A stretch of 64,000 nt of DNA from an uncultured bacterium (GCA_965372515.1 CBDVCO010000001.1:686-64685); one strand, 5' to 3'; counted from the first letter of the stretch, positions 48,589 through 59,699 are shown. The notes: generated by a model not told the origin, from the letters alone. Made by a program: numbers and translations.

Positions 48589-49464
48589 ATGAACGAGACG
48601 AAAAGCCATATAGAAGCGCATAGTAAGCCTAAAGTGCTCGTGCCGATAATTCTCTTTATCATAACGCTCATTACCACTACCACCAGCGGGGCGCTCTACG
48701 AAGGGGAGAACCCGCTTAGAAACCCGATGGGCCTTTTTAAGGGCCTGCCTTTCTCGGCCTCGCTGCTCCTTATTCTTGGTACGCATGAACTCGGCCACTA
48801 CTTCGCGTCCATGAGACACCGGGTAGTGACAACGCTACCTTACTTTATCCCCGGGCCGCCGTTTTTTCTCATGATCGGCACATTCGGCGCTGTCATAAGG
48901 ATAAAATCCCCGATAGAGAGCAAAAAGGCCCTCGTTGATATCGGGGCCGCCGGGCCGCTTGCGGGCTTTGCAGTGGCGATCGTCGTGGTCTTCATCGGGC
49001 TGCACCTGTCCCAGGTGATCCCTGTGCCCGAGACGGTCATGAACATAAATCTCGGCTCGTCGCTGATGTTCAGCTTTATAGAGTATCTGGTATTCGGCCC
49101 GGTAGCCGAAGGGCACGACATCTTCCTCCATCCCGTGGCCTTCGCCGGATGGATCGGGATGCTTGTAACGTGCCTTAACCTCCTGCCTATCGGCCAGCTT
49201 GACGGGGGGCACATCCTCTACGCGATATTCGGCAAACAGCACAGGAGGGTGTCGATAATGATGATCTGCACGCTTCTGGCCTTTGGAACACTTGCCTGGA
49301 AAGGCTGGCTCGTCTGGGGCGTACTCGTAACAATCATCGGCATCTGGCACCCACCGACACTCGATTACGACGTACCGCTCGACCCGAGAAGGAAGGTCGT
49401 CGGCGCTATCACCCTTCTTGTATTTCTGTTGACATTCACTCCGACTCCATTCTATATTAGTTAA
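48589..49464 (+). CDS. Peptidase M50 (site-2-protease-like) family membrane metalloprotease.
   Basis: HELGHY zinc motif in a TM helix, multi-TM topology, LDGG motif. Confidence 0.7.
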   Translation: MNETKSHIEAHSKPKVLVPIILFIITLITTTTSGALYEGENPLRNPMGLFKGLPFSASLLLILGTHELGHYFASMRHRVVTTLPYFIPGPPFFLMIGTFGAVIRIKSPIESKKALVDIGAAGPLAGFAVAIVVVFIGLHLSQVIPVPETVMNINLGSSLMFSFIEYLVFGPVAEGHDIFLHPVAFAGWIGMLVTCLNLLPIGQLDGGHILYAIFGKQHRRVSIMMICTLLAFGTLAWKGWLVWGVLVTIIGIWHPPTLDYDVPLDPRRKVVGAITLLVFLLTFTPTPFYIS

Positions 49465-49468
49465 CGCT

Positions 49469-49717
49469 ATGAGCGAAACGAAAAAATTTAACGAAGAGAG
49501 CCTCTCTGATTTCGACGGCACCGACCCGGATAAGCCTGCCTATATAGCCTATAAAGGAAAGGTCTACGACGTGACCGGCAACCCGCTTTTTGTAGACGGG
49601 CTCCACTTCGAGCATACGGCAGGCATGGACCTGACAGAGGATATGGAAGAGGCCCCGCACACGGACGAGGTCATGGAAGAACTCACTGTGGTTGGCGAAT
49701 ACACAGAGGACGACTGA
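49469..49717 (+). CDS. Small cytochrome-b5-like heme/steroid-binding domain protein.
   Basis: FDGTD...YIAYKGKVYDVTG...H..G.DLT matches the cyt-b5-like domain pattern, with an acidic C-terminal tail. Confidence 0.5.
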   Translation: MSETKKFNEESLSDFDGTDPDKPAYIAYKGKVYDVTGNPLFVDGLHFEHTAGMDLTEDMEEAPHTDEVMEELTVVGEYTEDD

Positions 49718-49727
49718 GGGTACGGCT

Positions 49728-50498
49728 ATGAAAGTCCGTATACTCGGCTCTGGCACTTCCACCGGCGTTCCGGTAATAGGCTGTACGTGCAGTGCGTGTA
49801 CTTCCACCCATCCCGGCAACAAGAGGAGCAGGTCGAGCATAGCCGTTGAGTTTTCCAATAGTACCATCCTCATCGACACATCCACCGACTTGAGAATGCA
49901 AGCGCTCTCGAGCGGCCTTAAAAGGGTCGACGCCGTTTTATACACCCACTATCACGCCGACCATATCCACGGGATAGACGACCTGAGGTCTTATAACCGC
50001 CTGCAGAATGAAGAGACGATCCCCTGCTACGGAGATAAAGATACAATAGAGAGGATCCGTCGTTCCTTTGAATATATATTCGCTACAAGTGGAAGCAAAC
50101 ATGAGGGCGGATGGAAGCCCAACCTCAAAACAGTTGTAATAGAGGCTCCCTTCTCTCTCTTCGATCATGAGATCATTCCCATTAAAATAGAACACGGACC
50201 AAGATCGATCCTCGGCTATCGCTTTGAGAATTTCGCTTACCTGACCGACTGTAGCGGCATCCCCCCCGAGAGCATGGAGCTCCTTAAAGGCACAGAGGTA
50301 CTCATTATCGGAGCGCTCCGGCAAAGGCCCCACCCCTCGCACTTCAGCATCGGGCAGGCCATCGAGGCCTCTGTTGAGATCGGCGCAAAGAGAACGATAC
50401 TTACCCACCTGGGCCACGCCGTTGACTTTGAGGCCGTAAGCCCGACACTGCCGGACGGGGTAGAGCTTGCCCGCGACTCCATGGTGATAGAGCTTTAA
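49728..50498 (+). CDS. MBL-fold metallo-hydrolase (PhnP/GPMC-like).
   Basis: HYHADHIHG metal-binding motif. Start at MKVRILGSG preferred over 49692. Confidence 0.65.
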   Translation: MKVRILGSGTSTGVPVIGCTCSACTSTHPGNKRSRSSIAVEFSNSTILIDTSTDLRMQALSSGLKRVDAVLYTHYHADHIHGIDDLRSYNRLQNEETIPCYGDKDTIERIRRSFEYIFATSGSKHEGGWKPNLKTVVIEAPFSLFDHEIIPIKIEHGPRSILGYRFENFAYLTDCSGIPPESMELLKGTEVLIIGALRQRPHPSHFSIGQAIEASVEIGAKRTILTHLGHAVDFEAVSPTLPDGVELARDSMVIEL

Positions 50499-50618
50499 AA
50501 AAAAATATCCCCTCTCTTTTACTGCCTAAAAAAATATCATCATTTCCCATGATCCTTGATTTTTTTATTGCCTTTATGACGCGGGGCTGTTATGATGCCT
50601 ATTATTTAGGCAATCGAT

Positions 50619-51710
50619 ATGACAACCTACCCTACAAATGAAGATATGATAGAGAATATGAGCGAGGCGATCATAGCCATAGAGCCGTCCGCTTCAATGG
50701 AGGTCGCCATCTTCAACCAGGGTGCGGAGAGAATAACCGAGATGAGCAGGGAGAAAGTCTCGGGAAGGGCTCTTAGCGAGAGCTTCTCGCGCGACCCCTG
50801 GCTCGTTGAGATCGCAAAGGAGACGCTCCGGACCGGCAAGCTCTACAGCGAATACGAGGGGACCCTTCACAGGTGGTTCTCCAGCCCGATACCTGTCGGG
50901 GTTTCAACCAACAGGATATTCGACCCGCTCGGTGAGCTTTCAGGGGCCGCCCTTATAATCAAAGACCTCTCCGGTATCAAGTCGATCGAGGCAGATACCA
51001 CTAGAAAGGACCGCCTCGCCTACCTCGGCACATTCGCCGCAAAGCTCGCCCATGAGATAAGAAACCCGCTTGGCGGGATAAGGGGCGCGGCACAACTGGT
51101 AGACAGGAAGATCGACGACCCGGAGATCAAGGAGTTCTCATCGCTCATTATAAGTGAAGTAGACCGCCTGGCGATCATAGTTAAGGAGATGCTCAACTTC
51201 ACCCGTATTGGAAAGCCCGATACAAAAGGCATCAACATACACATGCTCCTGGATCAAGTGCTCCTCATCCTCTCCAAGGAAGAATCTTTTGAAAAAGTTA
51301 TCAAGGAATACGACCCGAGCCTTCCCCTGATATCAGGAGACGAGAACCAGCTTACCCAGGTATTCCTGAATCTTTTAAAGAACGCCCGCGAGGCCTCAGG
51401 CGACGATAGTGAGATCAAGGTGGCGACAAGGATGGCGACCGACTTTCACCTTTTAAAGGAGGGTAATGTCGGTAGTTCTTTCGCGCTCATCGAGATAAAG
51501 GACAACGGCACTGGCATTGAAGCCGAAGATATAGAGAAGATATTCACGCCATTTTTTACCACAAAGAAGAGCGGGAGCGGGCTTGGCATGAGCATCTCGC
51601 TCAGCATTATAAAGGATCATGGCGGGTTTATGAAGGTTACGTCTGAACCAGGAGAAGGCACCTCCATGCTTGTCTATATACCAACCTTTAAAGAGAAGAA
51701 GGATCAGTAA
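50619..51710 (+). CDS. Cytoplasmic sensor histidine kinase, NtrB-like (PAS + HisKA + HATPase).
   Basis: H-box LAHEIRNPLGGI, N/G boxes. No TM segments. Confidence 0.8.
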   Translation: MTTYPTNEDMIENMSEAIIAIEPSASMEVAIFNQGAERITEMSREKVSGRALSESFSRDPWLVEIAKETLRTGKLYSEYEGTLHRWFSSPIPVGVSTNRIFDPLGELSGAALIIKDLSGIKSIEADTTRKDRLAYLGTFAAKLAHEIRNPLGGIRGAAQLVDRKIDDPEIKEFSSLIISEVDRLAIIVKEMLNFTRIGKPDTKGINIHMLLDQVLLILSKEESFEKVIKEYDPSLPLISGDENQLTQVFLNLLKNAREASGDDSEIKVATRMATDFHLLKEGNVGSSFALIEIKDNGTGIEAEDIEKIFTPFFTTKKSGSGLGMSISLSIIKDHGGFMKVTSEPGEGTSMLVYIPTFKEKKDQ

Positions 51711-53137
51711 TGAAAGAAACTAAAGTACTTATAGTTGATGACGACAGATCGATCCTTCTGGTCCTTGAGCGCCTTTTAACGGACAAGGGACTAAAAACCG
51801 AGACGGCTGATAACGGCAAGAGCGCGGCCAAGCTCCTCGGTTCCGGGCAGTTCACTATCGCGCTCCTTGACATTAATATACCGGGCAAAAACGGCCTTGA
51901 ACTCTTAACGGAGGCCAAGGAGGCCGAAGTCAACACGCAGATCATAATCATGACGGCCGAGCAGACGATGACCAATACGCTTGAGGCTATGAAGAGAGGC
52001 GCCTTCGACTATATAACCAAACCCTTCGACTTAAGCGAGCTGGAGATAATAATCGAACGGGCAATGGAGAACGACAGGCTCATTAAAGAGCTCTCCAGAC
52101 TCAAACACAGGCTCAAGGAAGAATTCTCGAAAGAGACGACCTTCATTGGAAAATCGAGGAAGATACAAAACGTTTTCAAAACGGTAGGGAAGATCGCGCT
52201 CCAGGATGTAACCGTCCTCGTGGAAGGCGAGAGCGGCACCGGCAAGGAGCTGCTCGCAAAGCTCATACACACCAACAGCAAACGCGCGGACGGCCCCTTT
52301 GTAGCGGTAAATACCGCGGCAGTGCCCAAGGATCTTATGGAGAGTGAGCTATTCGGCTTTGAAAAAGGCGCCTTCACGGGCGCTACAGAGAGGACTCTCG
52401 GTAAGTTCGAGCTCGCAGAAGGCGGCACCATCTTCCTCGACGAAGTGGGCGATATGAGCTTAGAGCTGCAATCGAGACTGCTTCGTATTATTCAGGAAAG
52501 AGAGTTCTACAGGATAGGCGGTAAAGAGCCGATAACAATTGATACAAGGATAATCGCGGCCACCAACCACGACATTGAAAAACTGATCGAGAAGAAAAAA
52601 TTCCGCGAAGACCTTTTTTTCAGGCTCAATGTGGTACGGATCGAACTGCCCCCGCTGCGTGAAAGAAAGAGCGATATCGCGCTGCTGGCGGAGTACTTCC
52701 TGAGCCTCTTTAGCGTCGAAATGGGGGTGGAGAGAAAGAGTCTGGCCAAGTCCAGCCTAAAGAGCATGGAGAGCTACACCTGGCCGGGCAATGTCAGGGA
52801 GCTTGAGAATATCTTAAGACGCGCCGTACTCTTAAGCCCGAATATCATGCTCTCCCCCGACGACCTTAGACTGCCGCAAAAGAGGAAGAACAAGGACTCT
52901 CTAGAGGATATCATCACGGAAAGACTTATGGAATTCATGGAGAAGACGCCTGACAAAGGAACTCAAGAGCTATACGATACGATAATCCCCATTATGGAAA
53001 GACCGCTTATCAAACTGGTACTAAAGAAGACACGCGCCAACCAGGTCCATGCGGCACAACTCCTGGGGATAAACAGGAACACCTTGAGAAAGAAAATAAA
53101 AGAACTTAATATAGACCTGAAAGATATAAAAGTCTAG
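51710..53137 (+). CDS. Sigma-54-dependent response regulator, NtrC family (REC + AAA+ + HTH).
   Basis: REC Asp pocket. GESGTGKE Walker A, GAFTGA sigma-54 contact loop, C-terminal Fis-type HTH. Confidence 0.85.
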   Translation: MKETKVLIVDDDRSILLVLERLLTDKGLKTETADNGKSAAKLLGSGQFTIALLDINIPGKNGLELLTEAKEAEVNTQIIIMTAEQTMTNTLEAMKRGAFDYITKPFDLSELEIIIERAMENDRLIKELSRLKHRLKEEFSKETTFIGKSRKIQNVFKTVGKIALQDVTVLVEGESGTGKELLAKLIHTNSKRADGPFVAVNTAAVPKDLMESELFGFEKGAFTGATERTLGKFELAEGGTIFLDEVGDMSLELQSRLLRIIQEREFYRIGGKEPITIDTRIIAATNHDIEKLIEKKKFREDLFFRLNVVRIELPPLRERKSDIALLAEYFLSLFSVEMGVERKSLAKSSLKSMESYTWPGNVRELENILRRAVLLSPNIMLSPDDLRLPQKRKNKDSLEDIITERLMEFMEKTPDKGTQELYDTIIPIMERPLIKLVLKKTRANQVHAAQLLGINRNTLRKKIKELNIDLKDIKV

Positions 53138-53138
53138 G

Positions 53139-53828
53139 ATGATCGATATAAAAAGCCAGAATCAAACGGCCCTCTCCGGACTCTATCCAATCATCGACCT
53201 TGAATACCTCTCCCTCTCTCATGGCAAGGCCGCTCATGCGGCGGGCATTATCCTTGATGCCGGGAAGAACAGAATCAACATCCTCCAGCTTAGAGCCAAG
53301 GGCCAAAGCGCCAATGAAATTTTAAAGGCCGCTAGAGAGATACGCTCTCTAAAAGACTCTTTTGATTTCTTTTTTATAATCAACGACCGTATCGACATAG
53401 CACTGATGAGCAACGCCGACGGCGTCCACCTGGGCCAGGAAGATATACCTTTGAATGAGGCACGAAAATTACTAGGCGACGAAAAAATAATCGGGCTCTC
53501 CACGCACAATGCCACTGAGGCACTAGAGGCTAAAGAGCTCGGCGCAGACTATATCTCGTTCGGCCCGATATTTAAGACGCGCACAAAAAAAGACGCGCAC
53601 AGTCCACGGGGTCTCGATGGACTTTCAAAGGTTACCGGCACGCTAAACAAAGATAAGCTGCCGATAGTGGCGATAGGCGGGATCACAAAAGAGAGTATTA
53701 CAGAAGTGTTGGCCACTGGCGCGTCCATGGCGGCTCTTATAAGCGAGATACTCCTCGCTGAAGATATCGGGAGCGTAGTCAAAGAACTCATAATGGAGAT
53801 AGGCCCTCCCCCTACCCGCCGCCAATAG
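53139..53828 (+). CDS. thiE: Thiamine-phosphate synthase.
   Basis: LYPIID...GVHLGQEDIP...IGLSTHN...IAIGGI ThiE pattern. Confidence 0.75.
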   Translation: MIDIKSQNQTALSGLYPIIDLEYLSLSHGKAAHAAGIILDAGKNRINILQLRAKGQSANEILKAAREIRSLKDSFDFFFIINDRIDIALMSNADGVHLGQEDIPLNEARKLLGDEKIIGLSTHNATEALEAKELGADYISFGPIFKTRTKKDAHSPRGLDGLSKVTGTLNKDKLPIVAIGGITKESITEVLATGASMAALISEILLAEDIGSVVKELIMEIGPPPTRRQ

Positions 53829-53877
53829 GCTGACGAATAGAAGAAGGGCCACTCCCTCACTTAGGGTAAGTAAGTGC

Positions 53878-55206
53878 TCACTTCCCTTTTATCACAAAGT
53901 CGTTGTAAGCGACCATGCCGTGCTCACCAACGTCAAGACCTTCCATCTCTTCATCCGCTGAGACCCTTATACCCTTTACTAACTTTATAACGCCGAAGAT
54001 AATAAAGGCTGTCACAACGCAGAAGACGCCGTAGGCTACGACACCGGCGAACTGCTTGCCCAACTGGGAGGCCCCGGCCATGTCGCCGAAGATTCCAACG
54101 GCGAGCGTGCCCCATATGCCGCAAACGAGGTGCACTGAGATAGCGCCCACCGGATCGTCTATCCGGACGCGGTCGATGGTGATTACCGCGATGACCACTA
54201 TGATCCCTGCGATTGCGCCAATAATAAGGGCGGACCACATGTACATCTGGTCCGCTCCGGCGGTTATACCGACGAGACCGGCCAGTATACCGTTTAGGCC
54301 CATTGAGAGGTCGGGCATCTTGCTGACCGACCATGAGGTAAACATAGCGGCTAAACCGCCCGCGGCAGCGGCAACGCAGGTCGTCATGAGTACCCTGGAG
54401 GTCAGCCCCGGATCTGCGCTCAAGACAGAGCCGCCGTTAAACCCGAACCATCCGAGCCATAATAGAAAGACACCGATGGTTGCAAGCGGCAGGCTATGGC
54501 CGGGTATGGGCCTTATTCCAGCCTTGGTGTATTTACCCAGACGGGGGCCGAGCAGGAGAGCGCCTATGAGGGCGGCCCAACCGCCTACTGAGTGAACGAG
54601 CGTGGAGCCGGCGAAGTCGTAAAATCCCAAAGCGTCGAGCCAGCCGCCGCCCCACTTCCATGAACCCGCGATGGTATATACGAATGTGACGTATATAACG
54701 GTAAAGATCATAAAGGAGCTTAGCTTAATACGCTCGGCAACCGCCCCCGATACGATAGTTGCGGCAGTCGCGGCGAACATCCCCTGGAATAAAAAGTCCG
54801 TCCAGTAGGTATACCCTCCGTCAGCATAGGCGGCGGTAAGTCCTGCCGCGTCGGTCTGCACAAAGACCCCGGGCGCGAGCCCGACCCAACCGTCGATCAG
54901 CCAGGCGTCTCCGGGATACATAAGGGCAAACCCTATAACAGCGTAACTGATCGTGCCGACGCATATGATAAATGTATTCTTAAATAGAATATTCACCGTG
55001 TTCTTCTGCTGCGTCAAACCGCACTCAAGTGTCGCGAAACCGAGGTGCATAATAAATACCAGCCCCGCGGCAAGCATCATCCATATGTTATTGGCCGTAA
55101 AGAGCGCAGCGGAGATATCCCCATCTGCGGCCAACGCCGCTTTCGGAGCCAGGACACCGACAAGCAAAAATATTAAAAGCAACTTTATATATAGAAATCT
55201 CTTCAT
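53878..55206 (-). CDS. amt: Ammonium transporter (Amt family) with signal peptide.
   Basis: 11-TM Amt pattern including twin-His region. Confidence 0.85.
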   Translation of the reverse strand: MKRFLYIKLLLIFLLVGVLAPKAALAADGDISAALFTANNIWMMLAAGLVFIMHLGFATLECGLTQQKNTVNILFKNTFIICVGTISYAVIGFALMYPGDAWLIDGWVGLAPGVFVQTDAAGLTAAYADGGYTYWTDFLFQGMFAATAATIVSGAVAERIKLSSFMIFTVIYVTFVYTIAGSWKWGGGWLDALGFYDFAGSTLVHSVGGWAALIGALLLGPRLGKYTKAGIRPIPGHSLPLATIGVFLLWLGWFGFNGGSVLSADPGLTSRVLMTTCVAAAAGGLAAMFTSWSVSKMPDLSMGLNGILAGLVGITAGADQMYMWSALIIGAIAGIIVVIAVITIDRVRIDDPVGAISVHLVCGIWGTLAVGIFGDMAGASQLGKQFAGVVAYGVFCVVTAFIIFGVIKLVKGIRVSADEEMEGLDVGEHGMVAYNDFVIKGK

Positions 55207-55294
55207 AACTCCTCCTTAAAAATCAAAATCCTGATTTAAAATCTGAAAAAAATTTCAACCCAGACAATCAGAAAAAGAACCTGCCATAGCTTCT

Positions 55295-55657
<363 letters not shown>

Positions 55658-55667
55658 TTAGACGCAT

Positions 55668-55712
55668 AAAAAAAGGGCGCCTTCCTCAATAGAGAAAGGC
55701 GCCTTTGCCTTC
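55668..55712 (-). terminator. Intrinsic terminator between amt (upstream) and glnK, only about 35 nt before the glnK RBS.
   Basis: On the minus strand: extended GC stem around the GGCGCC palindrome, followed by U7. Confidence 0.65.
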
Positions 55713-55783
55713 TTTGAAAAAACTTCTTAGGAAAGTATACTGCCCCGTATACCCCGTTTATATTGCCTTAGCCTGGCACTCCC

Positions 55784-57133
55784 CTAGAGCGAATAACCGC
55801 GCTCTCCGTGCTGGCTTAGATCAAGACCTTCCACTTCCTCTTCATTTTCTACCCTGAGCCCGCATATCGCCTTGACTATCATCAGTATTATAAATGTAGC
55901 GACTACCGCGAGAACAATCGTCGCAACAACACCCACCACCTGTATACCGAATTGCTTGGGGTTGCCGAAGAACGCCCCCTTTGCGCCGACCGAGGCGAAA
56001 AGCCCTGTTGCGAGAGCGCCCCATATGCCGCCTATTCCATGGATGCCGAATACGTCGAGCGAATCGTCATACCCGAGCTTGGGCTTTAGCCAGCTTACGG
56101 CAAAGTAGCAGAGAACCCCGGCTACGCCGCCCATGATAATCGCGCTCATCGGACCGACAAAGCCCGCGCCGGGAGTGATCGCCACAAGGCCTGCCACAGC
56201 CCCTGATACCGCACCGAGGACAGTCGGCTTCCCTGTCTTTATCCACTCCGCACAGGTCCATGTAAGGGCCGCCGCCGCTGCCGCCGTGTTGGTGGTGACA
56301 AAGGCGAGTGCCGCGAGGCCGTCCGCGGCGAGCGCGCTGCCCGCGTTAAAGCCGAACCAGCCGAACCACAGGAGCGCCGTCCCGATCACGGTAAGCGTCA
56401 GGTTATGCGGCATCATCGCCTCCCTGGGATAGCCCTTCCTCTTACCTATAACTATGGCGAATACGAGCGCGGAGACGCCAGAGCTTATATGAACGACCGT
56501 TCCGCCGGCGAAGTCGAGAGCGCCCATAGTGCCGAGCCAACCGCCTCCCCATACCCAATGGCATATCGGGTCATAGACGAATGTCGCCCAGAGAATACTG
56601 AAGATGACGAATGCCGAGAACTTTATCCTCTCGGCAAAGGCCCCTGTTATAAGCGCCACGGTAATGATGGCGAACATGCCCTGGAACATCATAAATGTAT
56701 AGTGCGGTATTGTGCCGCTCGCCTCACTGCCCACGCCGTTAAGCCCGAAGTATGAAAGCCCTCCGGAGAGCCCGCCCAGGATGTCCGTTCCAAAAGAGAG
56801 GCTGTAGCCCCAGACAACCCATTGTATGCTTATAAGGCAGAGAATAAAGAAACTGTGCATTATGGTTGCGAGCACGTTCTTTGTGCGCGCCATGCCGGCA
56901 TAGAAGAGACCGAGCCCCGGGATCATCAGCATCACGAGCGCCGTAGAGATCATTATCCAGGCCGTATCACCGGAGTCTATCTGAGCTTCCCCGGCCAGGG
57001 CCGTATCGGCCAGGGCCAGGACTATCAGGGTAATAATTGCCGGCCATCTTGCCGCCGCGTAAAACTTTCTGAGTATTTCTCTTTTAGTATGCGTTCTTAC
57101 CGGTCGAATCAAAGCACCTAACAACATTGTCAA
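55784..57133 (-). CDS. amt: Ammonium transporter (Amt family), second copy.
   Basis: Amt family pattern; paralogue of 53878..55206. Confidence 0.85.
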   Translation of the reverse strand: MTMLLGALIRPVRTHTKREILRKFYAAARWPAIITLIVLALADTALAGEAQIDSGDTAWIMISTALVMLMIPGLGLFYAGMARTKNVLATIMHSFFILCLISIQWVVWGYSLSFGTDILGGLSGGLSYFGLNGVGSEASGTIPHYTFMMFQGMFAIITVALITGAFAERIKFSAFVIFSILWATFVYDPICHWVWGGGWLGTMGALDFAGGTVVHISSGVSALVFAIVIGKRKGYPREAMMPHNLTLTVIGTALLWFGWFGFNAGSALAADGLAALAFVTTNTAAAAAALTWTCAEWIKTGKPTVLGAVSGAVAGLVAITPGAGFVGPMSAIIMGGVAGVLCYFAVSWLKPKLGYDDSLDVFGIHGIGGIWGALATGLFASVGAKGAFFGNPKQFGIQVVGVVATIVLAVVATFIILMIVKAICGLRVENEEEVEGLDLSQHGERGYSL

Positions 57134-57228
57134 GTTTCCTTCCTTTTAATTATGGCCTCAGCGCCTGCTGCTCAAAAAAGAAAGCCGCTAAATTTTATTG
57201 CTGCCTGTTAAACTACCTATATAAAACT

Positions 57229-57984
57229 CTAGAAACCCACGGAAATACCAATGCCGCCATAGATCACGCTGCTATCGCCATCAGCGTCTATTGCTTTTAG
57301 AGCGTCCTCGGCATCGTCGGAGAGTGCGAAGCTATAAGCTACCATCGGTGTGACCACGATATTTTCATCAAACGGTAAGGCAAAGGGCACGGAGGCCGAG
57401 ACCTCGCCGTTGTAGAGGGCCGTAAAGGCGTTGCCCGTGCTATCGGTGCCCAAGGCGAACTCATTTTCGAAATTCGCGCTGGCCGACGCTCCGAGGCTCA
57501 CAACGATGCCGTCGGCGACCTCCAGATCATGGCCAATGGAAGCGACCGCGAAAGTGCCGCCGGTATCCTGCTCGATATCCGTGTAAATTGTAACGTTCGG
57601 GCTAAGAAAGGTGTCGTAGCCGACGCTTATATATATCTCCTGGGTGTCATCGATCCCGGCACCGGCGAGCGAATAATATATATAGCCCACGTCAATCGAT
57701 ACCTTATCTATGGCACGAGAGTAACTGACCGTAAGGTCGGTCTCGGTATTGATCTGTGTCTCTGTATCGTAATTCGCCCACAGATTTACGGTTATAGGAC
57801 CGTATGTACCCTCAACCGAAGGCTGCAGTACAAATGAATCGTCGCTCAGTTGAGTGCCCCTCCATACGTACTGACTCATGTAATCCACACCGAAACTGGC
57901 CGACGTATCAACGGCCTGGGCCTTAAGCGGAATCAGTGAAAAACCAAATGCAATAATCGCTAAAATTAGAATCCTGATCTTCAT
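57229..57984 (-). CDS. Putative outer-membrane beta-barrel porin encoded upstream of amt.
   Basis: Signal peptide (start at MKIRIL, AGGAGG SD), alternating beta-strand pattern, C-terminal Phe. Confidence 0.5.
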   Translation of the reverse strand: MKIRILILAIIAFGFSLIPLKAQAVDTSASFGVDYMSQYVWRGTQLSDDSFVLQPSVEGTYGPITVNLWANYDTETQINTETDLTVSYSRAIDKVSIDVGYIYYSLAGAGIDDTQEIYISVGYDTFLSPNVTIYTDIEQDTGGTFAVASIGHDLEVADGIVVSLGASASANFENEFALGTDSTGNAFTALYNGEVSASVPFALPFDENIVVTPMVAYSFALSDDAEDALKAIDADGDSSVIYGGIGISVGF

Positions 57985-58143
57985 TCCCTCATCCTCCTGA
58001 AAACATCCTCGGTTAAAAATCCCTAAATTTTCCGATAGCCTCCAGAACGCCGTAAATGCCAAAGACGCTCCTTAATATAGGTCGTTAGCTTAGAGTAACG
58101 GCCTGACATATAAAGGCGCCTTTGCCTTAAAGTCGATAAAAGC

Positions 58144-58176
58144 CTGTTTCATGAAAAAGACCCGGCCACGACCATG
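58144..58176 (-). promoter_or_regulatory. Leader hairpin with an AUGGUC hexaloop followed by a U-tract (terminator/attenuator-like), about 25 nt after the predicted sigma-54 start site.
   Basis: Minus-strand RNA: CCGGCUAC-AUGGUC-GUGGCCGG then UCUUUUUC. The loop has A1/G4 as in ANTAR-target hexaloops. Confidence 0.4.
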
Positions 58177-58210
58177 TAGCCGGAAGTTGCTTTATCTCTT
58201 GATATGTAAA

Positions 58211-58225
58211 GCAACTAACGTGCCA
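58211..58225 (-). promoter_or_regulatory. Sigma-54 (-24/-12) promoter TGGCAC-N5-TTGC directing the porin-amt operon.
   Basis: Minus strand reads TGGCACgttagTTGC, a perfect consensus. An NtrC-type regulator is encoded nearby. Confidence 0.65.
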
Positions 58226-58300
58226 ACACAAAATCTAATTAAAACAAACAGTTAGGGGGTAGGTTTGGAGTAAAAATGCCTTGAATTTAAGCAGGGTTGC

Positions 58301-59011
58301 CTAGATTTCAATCAGGTCGAAGAAGTTTGAGAAGACCTTCTCTCCATAGCCCTTAAGAGGGGGGATATGCGCCCTTGTCTCGCGTATGATAACGCGGGGG
58401 TCAATCTGACCCTTTAATCCGTCCAGCTCCGCCCTGTTAATCTCTATCCACTCCCTTATCATGACATCCATGACCTCGAGGTGGAACTGCAGCGCGTAAC
58501 CGTTTTTTCCGATGCGGATGAGCTGGTTCGGGAAGCGCAGAGACGAGGCAAGGAGTGTGGCCCCGGAAGGAACGTCAAATGTATCGCCGTGCCACTGAAA
58601 TACCGTGAACTCTTCGGGAAGACCTGTAAAGAGCGGGTCTCTTTGCCCATCGCTTGTCAAAGAGAGCCCGTACCAGCCGATCTCTTTTGTCTCTCCCTGA
58701 TAAACAACAGAGCCGGCGGCCCTTGCCATGAGTTGCGCGCCGAGGCAGATGCCCAGGACCGGCATGTCGAGAGCCAGGGCCTTCTCTATCAATTTGAGTT
58801 CCGCAGCTATGAAAGGATATATATTTTCTTCGTAGACGCCCATAGGGCCGCCCATGATTATCAGGCAGGAGTATTCACGAAGCTCATCGGGGAGCTCATG
58901 GCCCATGTAGAGCCGTATATAGTCCGCCTTGATCCTCCTTGAAACAAGCTCGGAAAATATGGTGCCAAGCCCTTCGTGAGCCACGTGCTGCAGTACGAGC
59001 GCCTTTGTCAA
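58301..59011 (-). CDS. Class-I glutamine amidotransferase-like protein.
   Basis: GICLGAQL catalytic-Cys motif and the HLE(V) C-terminal His-Glu dyad. Confidence 0.65.
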   Translation of the reverse strand: MTKALVLQHVAHEGLGTIFSELVSRRIKADYIRLYMGHELPDELREYSCLIIMGGPMGVYEENIYPFIAAELKLIEKALALDMPVLGICLGAQLMARAAGSVVYQGETKEIGWYGLSLTSDGQRDPLFTGLPEEFTVFQWHGDTFDVPSGATLLASSLRFPNQLIRIGKNGYALQFHLEVMDVMIREWIEINRAELDGLKGQIDPRVIIRETRAHIPPLKGYGEKVFSNFFDLIEI

Positions 59012-59031
59012 AGTCTATACCTTTAAGAAAA

Positions 59032-59604
59032 TCAATCCAGCCCCATTGCTGAAATTATGACCTCGGCTATCTCCTTCATGGACTTACGCTTGTCCATGCT
59101 TATCTTTCTAATACGCCCAAAGGCCTCCCTCTCGGTAAGCCCTTCTTTTTCAATAAGTAAGCCCTTGGCCTTCTCTATGATCTTTCTCGCGTCCAGAGCA
59201 TTCTGGAGGTCCTTGTTCTCGTCTATGAGCCTCTTGAACTCCTTGAACCTCGATACGGCAAGCTCTATAGCGGCGTATAGCTCCTCGCTCTTTACAGGCT
59301 TTACAAGGTAGGCCATGACGCCTGCGTCAACGGCGCGGCGGATAGTCTCGTCGTCGTCATTTCCGGTTATGAGCACTACCGGTGTCGGACAGCGGCTGTT
59401 GATATCCTGGGCGGCCTCGATACCGTCCTTACCCGGGATAGTTACATCCATAAGAACGAGGTCAGGCGTAAGCTCACCACAAAGCCTTACCGCATCAACG
59501 CCGTTATCGCTTGATCCGACGACCTTAAACCCCCTATCCTCCAGGAGCCCCTTTACCACGATCATCTGCGCGGGATCATCTTCTATCAAGAGAACGTTCT
59601 TCAT
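59032..59604 (-). CDS. Response regulator with an ANTAR RNA-binding output domain (AmiR/NasT/GnfR-like antiterminator).
   Basis: REC domain (LLIEDD, phospho-Asp in LMDV, K near C-term), then the ANTAR helical domain (ALDARKIIEKAKGLL...EAF..IRK.SM). Confidence 0.8.
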   Translation of the reverse strand: MKNVLLIEDDPAQMIVVKGLLEDRGFKVVGSSDNGVDAVRLCGELTPDLVLMDVTIPGKDGIEAAQDINSRCPTPVVLITGNDDDETIRRAVDAGVMAYLVKPVKSEELYAAIELAVSRFKEFKRLIDENKDLQNALDARKIIEKAKGLLIEKEGLTEREAFGRIRKISMDKRKSMKEIAEVIISAMGLD

Positions 59605-59699
59605 ACTTGCATAACAATAGCAAATATGATGCCATTCTATTAACCTCTTGTTTTCCCTTTATTATCACAATTACCACAAAAAGGTCTACAGAAAAACGC

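Noticed and set aside
55773-55790. Second sigma-54 promoter (CTGGCAC) in the amt-glnK spacer.
   Set aside because: It is on the plus strand, pointing away from glnK, and lacks the TTGC -12 element at the right spacing.
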